DNA of 64,000 nt from a virus. The notes under the pieces were generated by a model that had not been told where the DNA came from, did no database searches, and was given only the letters and a program-made list of their open reading frames with translations. Shown piece after piece: positions 30,301 to 39,868 of the stretch. Each line of letters starts with the position of its first letter. Position 1 is the stretch's first letter. Made by a program: the position numbers and the translations under genes. The stretch lies in IMG/VR virus record IMGVR_UViG_3300045988_121463; one strand, 5' to 3'.

Positions 30301-33300
30301 TGACAGGTGACCTCCCAACATAAGTGTCTTCAGCGCAGCTTCTCCTCCAGACTCGCTCTGAATCGTTCTTAATTTTTGCAAAAACGATTCTGATACGGCA
30401 TTAGTGGCATTATTTGATTCCTTTCTCCAAACTTCATTTATAGCTTGTATTTCTTTGGCCATCTTAAGTTGGTCGCCGGTTTTTTCCACTCTCCTGGTTC
30501 CTACATATATGTATTCTGAAGCTGCTTCCTTACGTTGTTTACGAAGCAGTCCTTCTTCTTCGTAATTGCTGCTTTTAAAATAGGCAACCTCATCAAAATT
30601 ACCACCGCTATCAATAAAAGGCTGCCTCAATATCCGTTTTTGCCGGGATAGGGCATTAAGGTATTCTTTGGTTGTTTGAGAAACCGGATGCCCTAATTCT
30701 TCTTCAGCCTTTTTGTATATGGATTCCATTCTTGTGGCATAACTTTCGCTAAATTCCAGTTCCGAATTTTCAGCATCCCACTTTTCCATCTGCTCTGTAT
30801 AGATCTTTTCCTGCTCGATGGTAAAAATATCGGTATTAACTCTATCAGACGATGGTTTGAATTTAGCGTTTTCAGTAACCGTATTTCCATCCTTGTCAAC
30901 TACTTCTCTTTTAAATACGTAATTACGGTTATTGTCAACCACATCACCAATTTCTTCTTCTGATATCTCTATGTTCATGGCAGTCGCAAACGCTCGCATC
31001 TGCGCCAGCTTCTTATTACGATCGTATTTAGCCATATCAAGAGCACTACGAAGGTAATTAGAAGTTTTGCCGTCTACTTTCTGAAGCAGTTTTTCAAATT
31101 CAGATTTGTTAAAACCATGCTTTTTCGCATATGCCAGGAAGTCGGATATGGCGGGCTGGGCATTCACCATCGCATTGTAATTGTCTTTGGCAATCATAGC
31201 TCCAAGAGCGTTATTGAACAGACTGGAAGAATGCTCTAATATACCAAACCACCTACTTATCCAAGAAACATCGTGTTGAACCTTGTCAAAAAATTCTTTT
31301 ACTCTCTTTACCTTATCTGCCGGCACATGAAGTTCGTTCATTAACTTATCAAGCAACGTACTTTCATCAAGGTCTTGTACTGATTTAATATCAGACTGAA
31401 TACCATTGATGTCGGCAATGACGGTATTGATCCTATTTGTATAATCCTGCTTTTCACGTTCATCAAATTCGGTACTTCTGTTACGGATATATCCTCGAAG
31501 ATCGTTCATGATCGGAAGAACCTGATTGTTGATAATATCTACGTTCTTTCGATCATTGGTATTGAAGTGAAGCTTACCGTCTTTGGTATCACCATGAAGG
31601 ATGGTGTTCACCACATTACTTAAGTATCTGACCTGAGCTTCGGCTGTAGAGATCATGCTATTCATGGCAGCCGCCATCTCATTCTTGTCTATTTCGGTCT
31701 CTACCTTATTTATCTTATCTTCTATGGTCTTAAGCTGGGCAAGGGTCATAGACGTAGTTACAGCCCTATCAGAGCTTATCTGACGTAAGTCTCTTAACGT
31801 TTTTCTCAATGCCCGGATCTTAGACTCAAGAAACTTGTTCTTGTTCATAGAAGAAAGGGAGTATAATGTAAAATCATTATCCTTTAACAGAGAGGTATCA
31901 AATCCTTTATCTATGTCGGTAATAGCAAGATCACGAATGTTTTTAATAACGTTATTCAAATCTTGTCTTTGGGTAGATAAAGCTGATTTAAGCCAGCTTA
32001 CGATTCCAGAGAGAAGCTGCCGGACGCGCCCCAGGAAGGAGGTGGGCTCTACCGGCGCCTGTGCTGTGCCGGTCTGCATCTCCCTGGCGAGGATCTTTCC
32101 AAGAATTTCTCTCCTAACAGCATTATCAAGTTCAGAGCCTTCATATACCTTACCGTATGTATTATAATACTGACCTGCATACTGATTCCATTCTTCAGTG
32201 CCTTCTACATCTTGCAAAACAGATTCAACAGCATTCTGATCTCTATACGCCTCTACGAGAAAGTGTGCTGTTTCTTCTACTAAGTCAGACAAAGTAGCAT
32301 CTTCACCGACTGCTATTACGTTATTGGCAATATCCGCCAATGCCTTAGCAGAAGGTTCGTGTCCGTATTTAGTTTGGTACTTCTCTATATAATCGGTCAT
32401 GCCAACGACACTAACGCCCAGCGTTTTCAGTATCTCAACAATAGAATTTCGTTGGTCACGTTCCTCTTGGCTATAATCTGATACGATCTTAGCTTTAGTA
32501 TCAGCATAAAGATCGTTGTCTTCTAATATGAATGAAACTACAAGCGCATCAAAATGATCGTACTTAGCATCCAATTCATTGTATCTTCCTGACTTAAGAT
32601 CGTTCTTTATCTGCTCTTTGCTAACCCTTTCCGTTCCTCCGGTGGCGAGTCTCATAGTCACCTTACTATTATCCAACGAGCTTATGGTTATCATACCCTG
32701 GTCGTTCATGGAAACATCGGAACCAAAATGATTACGGAGCTCGGTGTAGGATAATGCCGAATTGAAAAGTCTAATTTGTCCTGTATGTCCTTCTCCTGCA
32801 ATATAATAGCTTCTTGTTTCCGGATCGAATATCTTGGATCCGGACAAAAGACCTTTCTTTATAAGGTAGTTAATTATACCGCCTTTTGTTGATAAAGAAG
32901 TAGAAGCAGAAGCGGTCATGACCGGTATAAAAGACTTGGGATTATTAAGAACATACTTTCCAGCTTTGTAAGTAATGTCTGCCACGCCATCCACGGCAGA
33001 TTCTTGAACGGTGCCGGATAAGAATCCTATTCTAATATCATTCCCTCCAGAGCGAAGAGCTTCTCCGTAATCTTCAAATAATTGACTACGATCGTTCATG
33101 AAAAACAAACGAGGCTCTCCGGTCTGATACGTTACACCCACAGGATTAGAATCTGTCTGTGGTAACTCTTCTGGGCTAAATATCTTAAGACCGTCTTTTA
33201 TAACCATATAATTAACACCCTTATCCTGTACCATAGATACGGGAGTAAAGTCCGAAGATATAGCATCTTGTAGATACTGCCCGGCGTCTATCCCAGGTCC

Positions 33301-33735
33301 TTCCGGTACGGAAATGCTTGACGTAACCATAGCATCCACCAACATAATATTATCACCCAGATTTTGGCTGTAGAATCCAAAGCCCGATTCTTGGATTTCA
33401 TAAGGTGCATCTGATTTTGACACAAGAACAGGGTTACTCATCTTAGACGCCTTATCCAGCACCCTTTCTCTATAGGCTTCTGGGATAAGGTCGATGTTAG
33501 ATTTTACCTTATTATAAGCCTGTTTATTAACAGGTACATTCCTTCTCCAGTCACCAAAAGCCTTTAAGAACTTATTAGAAAATACGGTTTTAAAAACAGT
33601 AGTAGCCCGTTCCCTATTCTCCATAAGAGGAATAGATGCTATTTTATCAAACAACATAGACCTGTCCCCTGATCTGGTAGAGACAGAAACAACTTTCTTT
33701 TTATTATCTCTTTTAATAATACACGTTGATGTCAT
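27313..33735 (-). CDS. giant virion/tail-associated protein (2140 aa)
   Basis: 6.4-kb uninterrupted ORF in the minus-strand block of giant genes. No catalytic motif recognised. Confidence 0.6.
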   Translation of the reverse strand: MTSTCIIKRDNKKKVVSVSTRSGDRSMLFDKIASIPLMENRERATTVFKTVFSNKFLKAFGDWRRNVPVNKQAYNKVKSNIDLIPEAYRERVLDKASKMSNPVLVSKSDAPYEIQESGFGFYSQNLGDNIMLVDAMVTSSISVPEGPGIDAGQYLQDAISSDFTPVSMVQDKGVNYMVIKDGLKIFSPEELPQTDSNPVGVTYQTGEPRLFFMNDRSQLFEDYGEALRSGGNDIRIGFLSGTVQESAVDGVADITYKAGKYVLNNPKSFIPVMTASASTSLSTKGGIINYLIKKGLLSGSKIFDPETRSYYIAGEGHTGQIRLFNSALSYTELRNHFGSDVSMNDQGMITISSLDNSKVTMRLATGGTERVSKEQIKNDLKSGRYNELDAKYDHFDALVVSFILEDNDLYADTKAKIVSDYSQEERDQRNSIVEILKTLGVSVVGMTDYIEKYQTKYGHEPSAKALADIANNVIAVGEDATLSDLVEETAHFLVEAYRDQNAVESVLQDVEGTEEWNQYAGQYYNTYGKVYEGSELDNAVRREILGKILAREMQTGTAQAPVEPTSFLGRVRQLLSGIVSWLKSALSTQRQDLNNVIKNIRDLAITDIDKGFDTSLLKDNDFTLYSLSSMNKNKFLESKIRALRKTLRDLRQISSDRAVTTSMTLAQLKTIEDKINKVETEIDKNEMAAAMNSMISTAEAQVRYLSNVVNTILHGDTKDGKLHFNTNDRKNVDIINNQVLPIMNDLRGYIRNRSTEFDEREKQDYTNRINTVIADINGIQSDIKSVQDLDESTLLDKLMNELHVPADKVKRVKEFFDKVQHDVSWISRWFGILEHSSSLFNNALGAMIAKDNYNAMVNAQPAISDFLAYAKKHGFNKSEFEKLLQKVDGKTSNYLRSALDMAKYDRNKKLAQMRAFATAMNIEISEEEIGDVVDNNRNYVFKREVVDKDGNTVTENAKFKPSSDRVNTDIFTIEQEKIYTEQMEKWDAENSELEFSESYATRMESIYKKAEEELGHPVSQTTKEYLNALSRQKRILRQPFIDSGGNFDEVAYFKSSNYEEEGLLRKQRKEAASEYIYVGTRRVEKTGDQLKMAKEIQAINEVWRKESNNATNAVSESFLQKLRTIQSESGGEAALKTLMLGGHLSFNDRFWNDVESEQSARTESNNKASYLKMAHDIISSTTSDRDATDVDSIVKDIEKNKAIIKEIIGNNRDVADIGEINEATFTSSERDAFRAASEAIEADYAILIDYAKMVGLEDIDKYLTKSSKAENEVNQSYLNALADSKEVEWKFVQRHTTAKKAKRIQALRDKLFKAADNRYLFTVSETNYLSEKLGISKELDGRDFRNAVNAKMASLFLNNTREEGVEEANAIVNEFARSQVFSYYKRMAPTGYAAMIDKIGRGEIDVAQMVKDVQNGTSTQDYGMDISYLSFDPARAWVAESEAENSGRNPDYVKDHGYGHRMPKKSLYRDESYFNDFGIKYDADGNEVATKNVEQWNMIQKLKEIKRQSLDLYKEQSPNLYAIPQISKQDIERVEGLGINFKNTVRNFVSDLCLDRVDDSLYGKTRQGEVYDPEDRLRSIPKYYIYELENQDDVSHDFGYSYSMLMMQSSLYNEKQKSIELAQGLEQMLLNKQFEGGKKAEATQAYQMFRDFFNDHYYGIRMNTKKLTVNIGGYTVDLTRIMMAVERFMSVMNLALSPFVAATGALTGHINLIMESAVGQYISKDSLKYASAEFSRLAPSCIAETGDIDRKSKLYVIGERMGIFNIRNRMYGAGYNRAARTLMRSPMYAFMEILNYPLDPQVMIATMDNVRYYKGRFYTFQDFKMEKERGKEQSTIKREWNALKDRTLWSMVDVVDGKVVVKPGSGVTVEEVETQMAITRNQVRSLSQICNGSLNEENRTAASRNWIARFMTAHRGWLVLSAQRLWKRRGFNFQTMQEEEGLSITLKNMIAKTFSLASESGMKNIIDAWNENKDNMNEVEKTNLKRLSVYAGTFLIMQAVSMLLAGWRDDDENEESWLTQFGSYVGFRTINEIASQMPFIMELNVVDIINDPFVMGRKLKDLTDLRNYSLDKVTSGTYKGESKLFRQLAKQTFIKQWYNIKTPEDVARAYNWWQQTNNKSMMFFIGATPDSEGDDDVSYK

Positions 33736-33811
33736 AGTAAAACATTTTTGTTATGAGACAAAGGTAGTTAAAAATCAAGCATATCATAGAAAATAAAGCC
33801 ATCTAACTTCT

Positions 33812-33850
33812 CAGTCTGATGGCTTAAAAATAATATGAAAAAAAATTATA
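33812..33850 (-). terminator. putative intrinsic terminator (minus strand)
   Basis: AAGCCATC / GATGGCTT 8-bp stem; on the minus-sense RNA it is followed by UAUUUUCU. Confidence 0.3.
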
Positions 33851-33877
33851 ATCTGACGAAAAATCGTCAAGTTCAGC

Positions 33878-34270
33878 TTATATGTAATGCATGTACCCAT
33901 CTCGGTGTATAAACCTTCCCGATTCAAAGCGCTCAATATCTTCAGGGCAAATAGGGCCCGAATCCTCTCTCCTGGCTTCAAACCAAAGCCCCGGCTTACG
34001 AAGTCGGCAAGTTATGATATAATTGAAGCAATTGTGCGTAAAATGGAAAACAGATCCTACAGGGAAATACCTATCAGCTTGAAATACGATTCTTTTTCGT
34101 TTAGTATCAAACGTGATATCTCCTACTATCTTAGCCACGTAATAGCTTCTGCCATTTAACGTTTCATCTGTTTGTGGTATCCAATAATAACCTCTTGCCA
34201 TGCCACAAATATATAAAAAAAGTCGGACAAGACACATGTCCGACTTTATATTACTTTGATTCATTTTCAA
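33878..34270 (-). CDS. hypothetical protein
   Basis: 130-aa ORF. Confidence 0.4.
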   Translation of the reverse strand: MKMNQSNIKSDMCLVRLFLYICGMARGYYWIPQTDETLNGRSYYVAKIVGDITFDTKRKRIVFQADRYFPVGSVFHFTHNCFNYIITCRLRKPGLWFEARREDSGPICPEDIERFESGRFIHRDGYMHYI

Positions 34271-34410
34271 ACCGCTTTATAAGAGAAGCAATATCATCAC
34301 CACAAACAAACATCATTCGACGTTCTTCTTTTGGTTTATGAGACACTGGGATGGTTTTGTTTATCTTAATCTGATTCGCCAGACCTCTGCCTAAACGAAT
34401 ATCAACTTTT

Positions 34411-34728
34411 TTACCTTTCATGAATTATTTGTTTAAACAGACCAATTCCATCTATTATAATATGACCGCTTTGCATACGACCATTATTAGGATTATGTAG
34501 AAAATTGAAACCACTTTCTTTTTCCTGTCTTTCAAAAGAACTGATATCCTTTCCTCTACGGGCTCTTTCAAAAGCTTTCTTGAACAACTTGCCTCTAAAG
34601 GTCTTGACGAGGATCTTGGTAGCGTTATTGCCGGCTTTTACCATTGCTTTCCTTGCCTGGTCCTCCGAGACAAAACTGCTTCGGAAAATATACGATGCTG
34701 CTGCTTGTATGTCCTGCTTGGTAATCAT
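34411..34728 (-). CDS. hypothetical protein
   Basis: 105-aa basic ORF. Confidence 0.4.
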   Translation of the reverse strand: MITKQDIQAAASYIFRSSFVSEDQARKAMVKAGNNATKILVKTFRGKLFKKAFERARRGKDISSFERQEKESGFNFLHNPNNGRMQSGHIIIDGIGLFKQIIHER

Positions 34729-35075
34729 ATGATAAACATTTCTTTCAGAATACTGATCTTTATTCCGTATATCAATTTCATCTCATCTCTATCATATACG
34801 TCAAAAAAGGATTCACTGGGGTCCTTTGGATTTACGTTCAATTGAATTATGCAATTACCGGTATAAACCTTAATTCCGTAATTATCAGAGTATATATCCT
34901 GCATAGTCTCAAATGTCTCAATTAAATTTTCAACAAGTACTCTGTTAAATGAAAAAGATTCTTTACCATCACCTTTAAATGTGATATGATCTAAATCCCT
35001 GTTGTCAAATTCATACTTTAATTGATTGCCGTCCATCATATCATAAGATATTGACTTTCTGATTATAAATCCCAT
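34725..35075 (-). CDS. hypothetical protein
   Basis: 116-aa ORF, coupled. Confidence 0.4.
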   Translation of the reverse strand: MGFIIRKSISYDMMDGNQLKYEFDNRDLDHITFKGDGKESFSFNRVLVENLIETFETMQDIYSDNYGIKVYTGNCIIQLNVNPKDPSESFFDVYDRDEMKLIYGIKISILKEMFII

Positions 35076-35092
35076 ATTGTTTTATTTTTTAG

Positions 35093-35398
35093 TTAATATA
35101 GATCTTCTGAATACAATTGTTCTCTAATGGCATTCCTATCTACTACCATTTCCTGATTATTGTTTCTAACAAGTTCAGATGCCTCCTCTCTTGTTAAAAA
35201 CCGATTCTTGCTTGTCAAAAATCCTTGAACACTGCGGTTTTTATGGGCTATACCGTATGCCGCAAGTTGAGATAGTATAGAGGGGTGTCTCAATCCACAG
35301 AACACGGTGCCGGATGGTATATTGGTGGGCTGATAGGGACGCTTCTTGCCGTCCTGCACCCAGATGGCAGCGCATATCACGATTTCTTTATTGCACAT
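35093..35398 (-). CDS. hypothetical protein
   Basis: 101-aa ORF. Confidence 0.4.
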   Translation of the reverse strand: MCNKEIVICAAIWVQDGKKRPYQPTNIPSGTVFCGLRHPSILSQLAAYGIAHKNRSVQGFLTSKNRFLTREEASELVRNNNQEMVVDRNAIREQLYSEDLY

Positions 35399-35400
35399 GA

Positions 35401-35676
35401 CTATAAATTTAATATTCCGTTTTTACCAATATGCTTCTTCTCTTCTTCAGTAGGCCATTCTTTCTTGAACTTACCATGCCACGTTCCAGGAACTACCACC
35501 ACTTCGTCTCCCTTACTATATTCAATAGCGGCACATTCAGAACAAAGAGGCTTGCCTTCATATCCCTTTAGCGACTTATCGTAAATACGATTCTTACAAG
35601 GTCTTATAAGAGCCCAATAACAGGATGTGGCTGTATTATCTATACAGCCACATTTTGAACAAACAAACAAACTCAT
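35401..35676 (-). CDS. zinc-ribbon protein
   Basis: CSKCGC ... CSEC. Confidence 0.4.
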   Translation of the reverse strand: MSLFVCSKCGCIDNTATSCYWALIRPCKNRIYDKSLKGYEGKPLCSECAAIEYSKGDEVVVVPGTWHGKFKKEWPTEEEKKHIGKNGILNL

Positions 35677-36539
35677 CCCACAATCTCCCAGTCATTAGAC
35701 ATAATATCATGTTCGGTTGGATTCCAATTTGATGCTACTTTTTGACCTGTATCTATCATCAATATATTTACGTCAAACATACAGATATACTTTTTACCCC
35801 AATCGATTCTTTTTATCTTACGACCTAATTTAAGCCGTTCTAAAGCCTGTTCGAATGTCATGCCACGACGAGGCAGTTTGAGATACTTTTTAAGTCTGTC
35901 GGCGGCTTCATCTGGTGTATGGCCGTCGTATTCGAAAGCGGTTTCTCTTTCAGGAACATCAAACAAATCCCAGTATTTGCTTTCATAGTGATTAGATACC
36001 TGACCGGTAGGTAGAATCGCCATCACAATAAACCAATCATCAGAACCGAAGCATTTTTCTCCGTCGCTGTGTCTCCTTGATTTGCAAACTTCAACCTGTC
36101 CGTTTCTGGCTAATAGATTAAAGAAGGCAGCGTTATACAACATGCGGTACCGATACAATTCATTGAAAGTATGGTATCCATCAGAGACTTCTCCCACGTC
36201 TACAGGCTTCTTATTTTGAATACTACCCAAAATCTTCTCTACATAGAGCTGTATTTTATACAGACCCATTTCGGTGTGGCCGTATTTGTTCAAGATCTTA
36301 TTGACATCGTATTGTATATTAAAATCTTTTTCAAATTCTACTTCAGGATGATTAGGATAGCAGTAGTCCACTGATGCTTTTAACACAGACTTTATGTGTT
36401 CTATTATCCTCGCAACATCATCATGTTTAAAAAAATGCTTAAATCTTTCAACGAATTTAATATCTTCGTTGATTGCTGATTCGAACTCTTCTTTTGTCAT
36501 CACTCTAATTACATCTTTTTTTAAATCGTCTAATCCCAT
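35673..36539 (-). CDS. hypothetical two-domain protein (C-terminal DUF2829-like)
   Basis: The C-terminal MTFEQALERLKLGRKIKRIDW pattern resembles the prophage-associated DUF2829 fold. A DGYHTFNELYRYR motif sits centrally. Confidence 0.4.
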   Translation of the reverse strand: MGLDDLKKDVIRVMTKEEFESAINEDIKFVERFKHFFKHDDVARIIEHIKSVLKASVDYCYPNHPEVEFEKDFNIQYDVNKILNKYGHTEMGLYKIQLYVEKILGSIQNKKPVDVGEVSDGYHTFNELYRYRMLYNAAFFNLLARNGQVEVCKSRRHSDGEKCFGSDDWFIVMAILPTGQVSNHYESKYWDLFDVPERETAFEYDGHTPDEAADRLKKYLKLPRRGMTFEQALERLKLGRKIKRIDWGKKYICMFDVNILMIDTGQKVASNWNPTEHDIMSNDWEIVG

Positions 36540-36562
36540 GATTTATTTTAAATTAGTTGTTA

Positions 36563-37195
36563 TTATACTTTTTTTATCCTACAATACAAATCCAATAAGA
36601 ACTCAGCAGAAAAACCATCCCATGCATTATTCTGCCAAATATCTACTTTGTTAATAAACCAAGACCATGTAGGACCATCATATGAAGAATCAGATGATGA
36701 TCCCAATCCGATTTTCTCCATTTCATTCGCCACATCAGAATAAGGATCTAAATCGACTCCCCTAATCATGTTAATAATATCACCCTTGTCTAATGTAAAT
36801 TGAAACCGCTCCTTGTTAGTAAGCGAATCTTGATTCAATTTACCAGTCGCAAGCCATTCTCCATCATGATACAATTCGGCAAGTTTCTTTACCTTATTTT
36901 TAAGAAAAGAATACTCTTGTGTGACTTCTATAAAATCAGCTTCGTTAGCTTCACCCTCTATGAAGATAACGGTTTTGCTTCCAGGTCTATGATCGTCTAA
37001 GCTTGCCGGGATTCCCAATATCGTCCATCCTTTAAACTCAGCTATCTTAAAACGCATGACATCAAACACCTTATAGAAATCATCACAATCTACAGATTCT
37101 ATTACCTTAATATCCTCTTCTGTGAATTTACCTCGTATTGGAATAACGTGATGACCGGGGCAGCCATCGGTTCCGAAATATGCGATTCTAACCAC
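36563..37195 (-). CDS. hypothetical protein
   Basis: 210-aa ORF. Confidence 0.4.
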   Translation of the reverse strand: MVRIAYFGTDGCPGHHVIPIRGKFTEEDIKVIESVDCDDFYKVFDVMRFKIAEFKGWTILGIPASLDDHRPGSKTVIFIEGEANEADFIEVTQEYSFLKNKVKKLAELYHDGEWLATGKLNQDSLTNKERFQFTLDKGDIINMIRGVDLDPYSDVANEMEKIGLGSSSDSSYDGPTWSWFINKVDIWQNNAWDGFSAEFLLDLYCRIKKV

Positions 37196-37215
37196 GATAT
37201 TTACAATATTTTAAT

Positions 37216-37431
37216 TTATTTTGCTAAAACATTCATATAACATGGCACATCTACCACATCTCTTCTACGAAGTCCCTTATCAAAATAGGAAACCATATAA
37301 GTATTTTTACCTTCGTGATCAGGTCTGGGATCAAAACATTCAAAAACGAATCTTGTTATACCTTCCAAATGACCAAGCATGAAAACAAATTCGCCACTGT
37401 ATCTTTTATTAGCCAATTCTTCTACAGTCAT
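37216..37431 (-). CDS. hypothetical protein
   Basis: 71-aa ORF. Confidence 0.3.
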   Translation of the reverse strand: MTVEELANKRYSGEFVFMLGHLEGITRFVFECFDPRPDHEGKNTYMVSYFDKGLRRRDVVDVPCYMNVLAK

Positions 37432-37655
37432 AATCTGTCCCCTCCTAATCCTGAATTGATGCTAACGTACTTAACACGGACATCATTTCCACGTCCAAGC
37501 TGACCCCAGCCGGGCGATGGCGTTCCCTTGGCCGGAGCAGGGACAGCCCTAAGCCGAGACCAGTCCTGCTTTTGCCTCATGGCTTCAGCCTCTTTGTAAT
37601 ACCGGTTACACAGTTCTTGATCTTCGTAACCAACGTAATCTTCCTTATTTTCCAT
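37428..37655 (-). CDS. hypothetical protein
   Basis: 75-aa ORF, coupled. Confidence 0.3.
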   Translation of the reverse strand: MENKEDYVGYEDQELCNRYYKEAEAMRQKQDWSRLRAVPAPAKGTPSPGWGQLGRGNDVRVKYVSINSGLGGDRL

Positions 37656-37726
37656 ATAGAATACTTTTTCAACAAAAGTACGACATTCATGAATTAATTA
37701 GATTTAAAATAAAACAATATGAATTA

Positions 37727-37760
37727 AAATAAAAACCCGATACGTTAAAATCGCATCGGG
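37727..37760 (-). terminator. intrinsic terminator (minus strand)
   Basis: CCCGATACG / CGCATCGGG stem (8 of 9 bp) with a 7-nt loop; the A-run on + (37727-37735) gives a U-run after the stem in minus-sense RNA. Confidence 0.55.
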
Positions 37761-37783
37761 CCCGGTATTGAAAAAAAATAGGT

Positions 37784-37959
37784 TCAGATCTTGGGTAAAG
37801 ATTCGAGCCAATTTTTAACATCTTTATATTTAGGGTCTTTGTCTATTCTATCTTTCAGTTCATGCAATGCTGAGTCCATAACCGTATTCGGTACGCCAAT
37901 CAACTCTCCTATTAAATACAAGGGGGTTTTATTCGATTTAGATTCATGTGCTATATTCA
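37784..37959 (-). CDS. small hypothetical protein (58 aa, below the ORF-track cutoff)
   Basis: Translated by hand: MNIAHESKSNKTPLYLIGELIGVPNTVMDSALHELKDRIDKDPKYKDVKNWLESLPKI. Ends 24 nt before the terminator. Confidence 0.3.
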
Positions 37960-38123
37960 TATCCCAAAAAAGTTATGTGAAACAAACCGGCCACGGGTAT
38001 TCTATTGCCCGCCGACCGGTATAATATTTTTATTCCTTTTTTTCCAAACGGGAAAAACGGGAATGCGGGAATCATATTTTTTACTATGGCTCCCGCACCA
38101 CCGGAAGGACCTGGATCTGGATC

Positions 38124-38417
38124 TCAGGTCAGATCCTTCCAGTTTATTTTTTCGCCGAGGTAATCTTGCACGGCAAGCCATCTTATAAAGGCTACTCCTT
38201 CGGGAGCATCCGGATCATCCAAATACATTAACGTAGCTTTCACCAACTCGTTCTCACATTTGAAGACCTTCGGAAAACCATCCGAATAGTACATTGCAAA
38301 GACATATTGGACATCGCCCCATGTCGCTTTATCCGGCTTCTTCGCTCCGCACTTTTCAAAAATATCTTTTATTTCCGGCTGCTTCCAGATCCTCTTGGAT
38401 CCATCGACGTTGACCAT
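38124..38417 (-). CDS. hypothetical protein
   Basis: 97-aa ORF; the stop codon is embedded in a GGAAGGA / TCCTTCC hairpin. Confidence 0.4.
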   Translation of the reverse strand: MVNVDGSKRIWKQPEIKDIFEKCGAKKPDKATWGDVQYVFAMYYSDGFPKVFKCENELVKATLMYLDDPDAPEGVAFIRWLAVQDYLGEKINWKDLT

Positions 38418-38510
38418 CTTCTTTACCGCCTCATCAGCGAGAGCATTAGAAAAATGGTAGCCGTAAGTATCTACATATTTCTGATAAGCTGGATCCTCTG
38501 CGTCTGCTCC

Positions 38511-38879
38511 TCAATAAGAACGACCTCTGCCACGTCCGCGACCTCTACGCATCTGAGGTCCGTCACCGTAGTATCTGTCGTCTCCATAGTAATCGGTCGG
38601 GTAGGATTCGTAACCCATCCTCCGGTATTCCCGGTCCTCCATTTCATGACGACGTTCGCGCTCTTCGAGCCTTCTTTCCCTTTCTTCCAGCTCGTTTTCG
38701 CGCTCTTCCATTTCTTTCATCTTCTCATGCATACCGTAATGGTCGTAAATACCACCACCATACCCCATGTACGTCCCATCAGAACGCCGGCTTCTGCCTC
38801 TGCCTCCACCTCGTCTGTCTTCTATCTCGTCATATCCAGGATATTCTCTGTGTCCTGAATTTAAATCATATACTATCAT
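38511..38879 (-). CDS. RGG/RG-repeat and ER-repeat low-complexity protein
   Basis: GGGRGRSRR, GYGGGIY, ERERRLEERERRHEMEDREYRR, C-terminal RGRGRGRGRSY. Confidence 0.4.
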   Translation of the reverse strand: MIVYDLNSGHREYPGYDEIEDRRGGGRGRSRRSDGTYMGYGGGIYDHYGMHEKMKEMEERENELEERERRLEERERRHEMEDREYRRMGYESYPTDYYGDDRYYGDGPQMRRGRGRGRGRSY

Positions 38880-38886
38880 ATTATAC

Positions 38887-39381
38887 TTATTTCAAACGTT
38901 CTACAATTAACTTCTTTAAATCTTCGAATGAATCAGTAAGGTCATTCACCTTATTTTCTATACCAGCTATTTTACGATCCTGCTCTCTCGTTTGCTTGAA
39001 TGCCGGATTGATATCTTCTAATATAGATTCACAAGCCTCTATCTTGGCACGATGGGCATCTACGCTGTCTATTATTTCCTGACTGGTGCTTTTTATGGCA
39101 TTCAGCTCGTTCATAATCGGATCTATGCTGGTAGATAATGTTATGCCCATAGCCTTAGCCACATTCTGGGATTCCGGGACCGTATAGGTCTTGGTTTCGC
39201 CAGTGAGCTCTACCGTCAGATCCACCACACGGGTCTGCATCGCCTGATACTGACCTGGCTGAGGAGGAAGATACCTGGGTTCGGATACGGCTACTACCTT
39301 TCCCAATTCGTATTTAGGTACTGTATTAGTATCAAGGGTATGTACCTGAAACCCTTTCTTCAAATCTGAAAACATGATCAA
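38887..39381 (-). CDS. coiled-coil protein
   Basis: 164-aa ORF with an alpha-helical C-terminal half. Confidence 0.4.
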   Translation of the reverse strand: MIMFSDLKKGFQVHTLDTNTVPKYELGKVVAVSEPRYLPPQPGQYQAMQTRVVDLTVELTGETKTYTVPESQNVAKAMGITLSTSIDPIMNELNAIKSTSQEIIDSVDAHRAKIEACESILEDINPAFKQTREQDRKIAGIENKVNDLTDSFEDLKKLIVERLK

Positions 39382-39431
39382 AATATTAGTTAGGTGAAAA
39401 TAGGGTGATGATCTCCATCACCCTACTGAAA

Positions 39432-39845
39432 TCATTTACCTGCTTTAACTTCAGACGCCTGGGCTGCCGCTACTGGAACACAGCAATCCATTAATCTTAA
39501 CACGCCACGAACTTTATTGAAGTACAGAAGGCGTTCTGTGCCATTTACCATAGCAGCACCCGTGACAGCTACGTTAATAGGGTTCACGACATTCACTCCC
39601 GTAACCGGGCAACAGGTGTCGGCTCCTACTGTTGAAACTGTGCTGTTTGCCGGGACCGCAATCTGTACCGGTAGAGCACTTCCGGCTGTGGGGACTACTT
39701 GCCTTATCTTAAGAAGGATAAGACCCTCACACGGAAGGGCGATCCAAGCCCGTGGGTTAATACCGAAGACTGTATTTGTCGTACTGACAATAACATTCTT
39801 CGTAACCATCTCATACAACGATCCTATTTTAGAAACACAAGCCAT
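39432..39845 (-). CDS. small protein with CC dyads
   Basis: DTCCPV and MDCCVP dyads; A/V/T-rich. Confidence 0.4.
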   Translation of the reverse strand: MACVSKIGSLYEMVTKNVIVSTTNTVFGINPRAWIALPCEGLILLKIRQVVPTAGSALPVQIAVPANSTVSTVGADTCCPVTGVNVVNPINVAVTGAAMVNGTERLLYFNKVRGVLRLMDCCVPVAAAQASEVKAGK

Positions 39846-39868
39846 ATTAGCCTCCTTTCTTAATAAAA

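Noticed and set aside
27313-33735. Multiple 60-150-aa ORFs on the + strand inside the 2140-aa gene (for example 27676-27900 and 29212-29667), and likewise inside the 2135-, 1007-, 955- and 823-aa genes
   Set aside because: They are antisense to long, uninterrupted ORFs in a consistent minus-strand operon, are low-complexity or hydrophobic, and have no start context. I treat them as spurious.
38307-38858. 183-aa + strand S/T/F-rich ORF
   Set aside because: Antisense to the RGG/ER-repeat gene, which fits operon orientation and spacing; the low-complexity DNA yields long ORFs in both strands.
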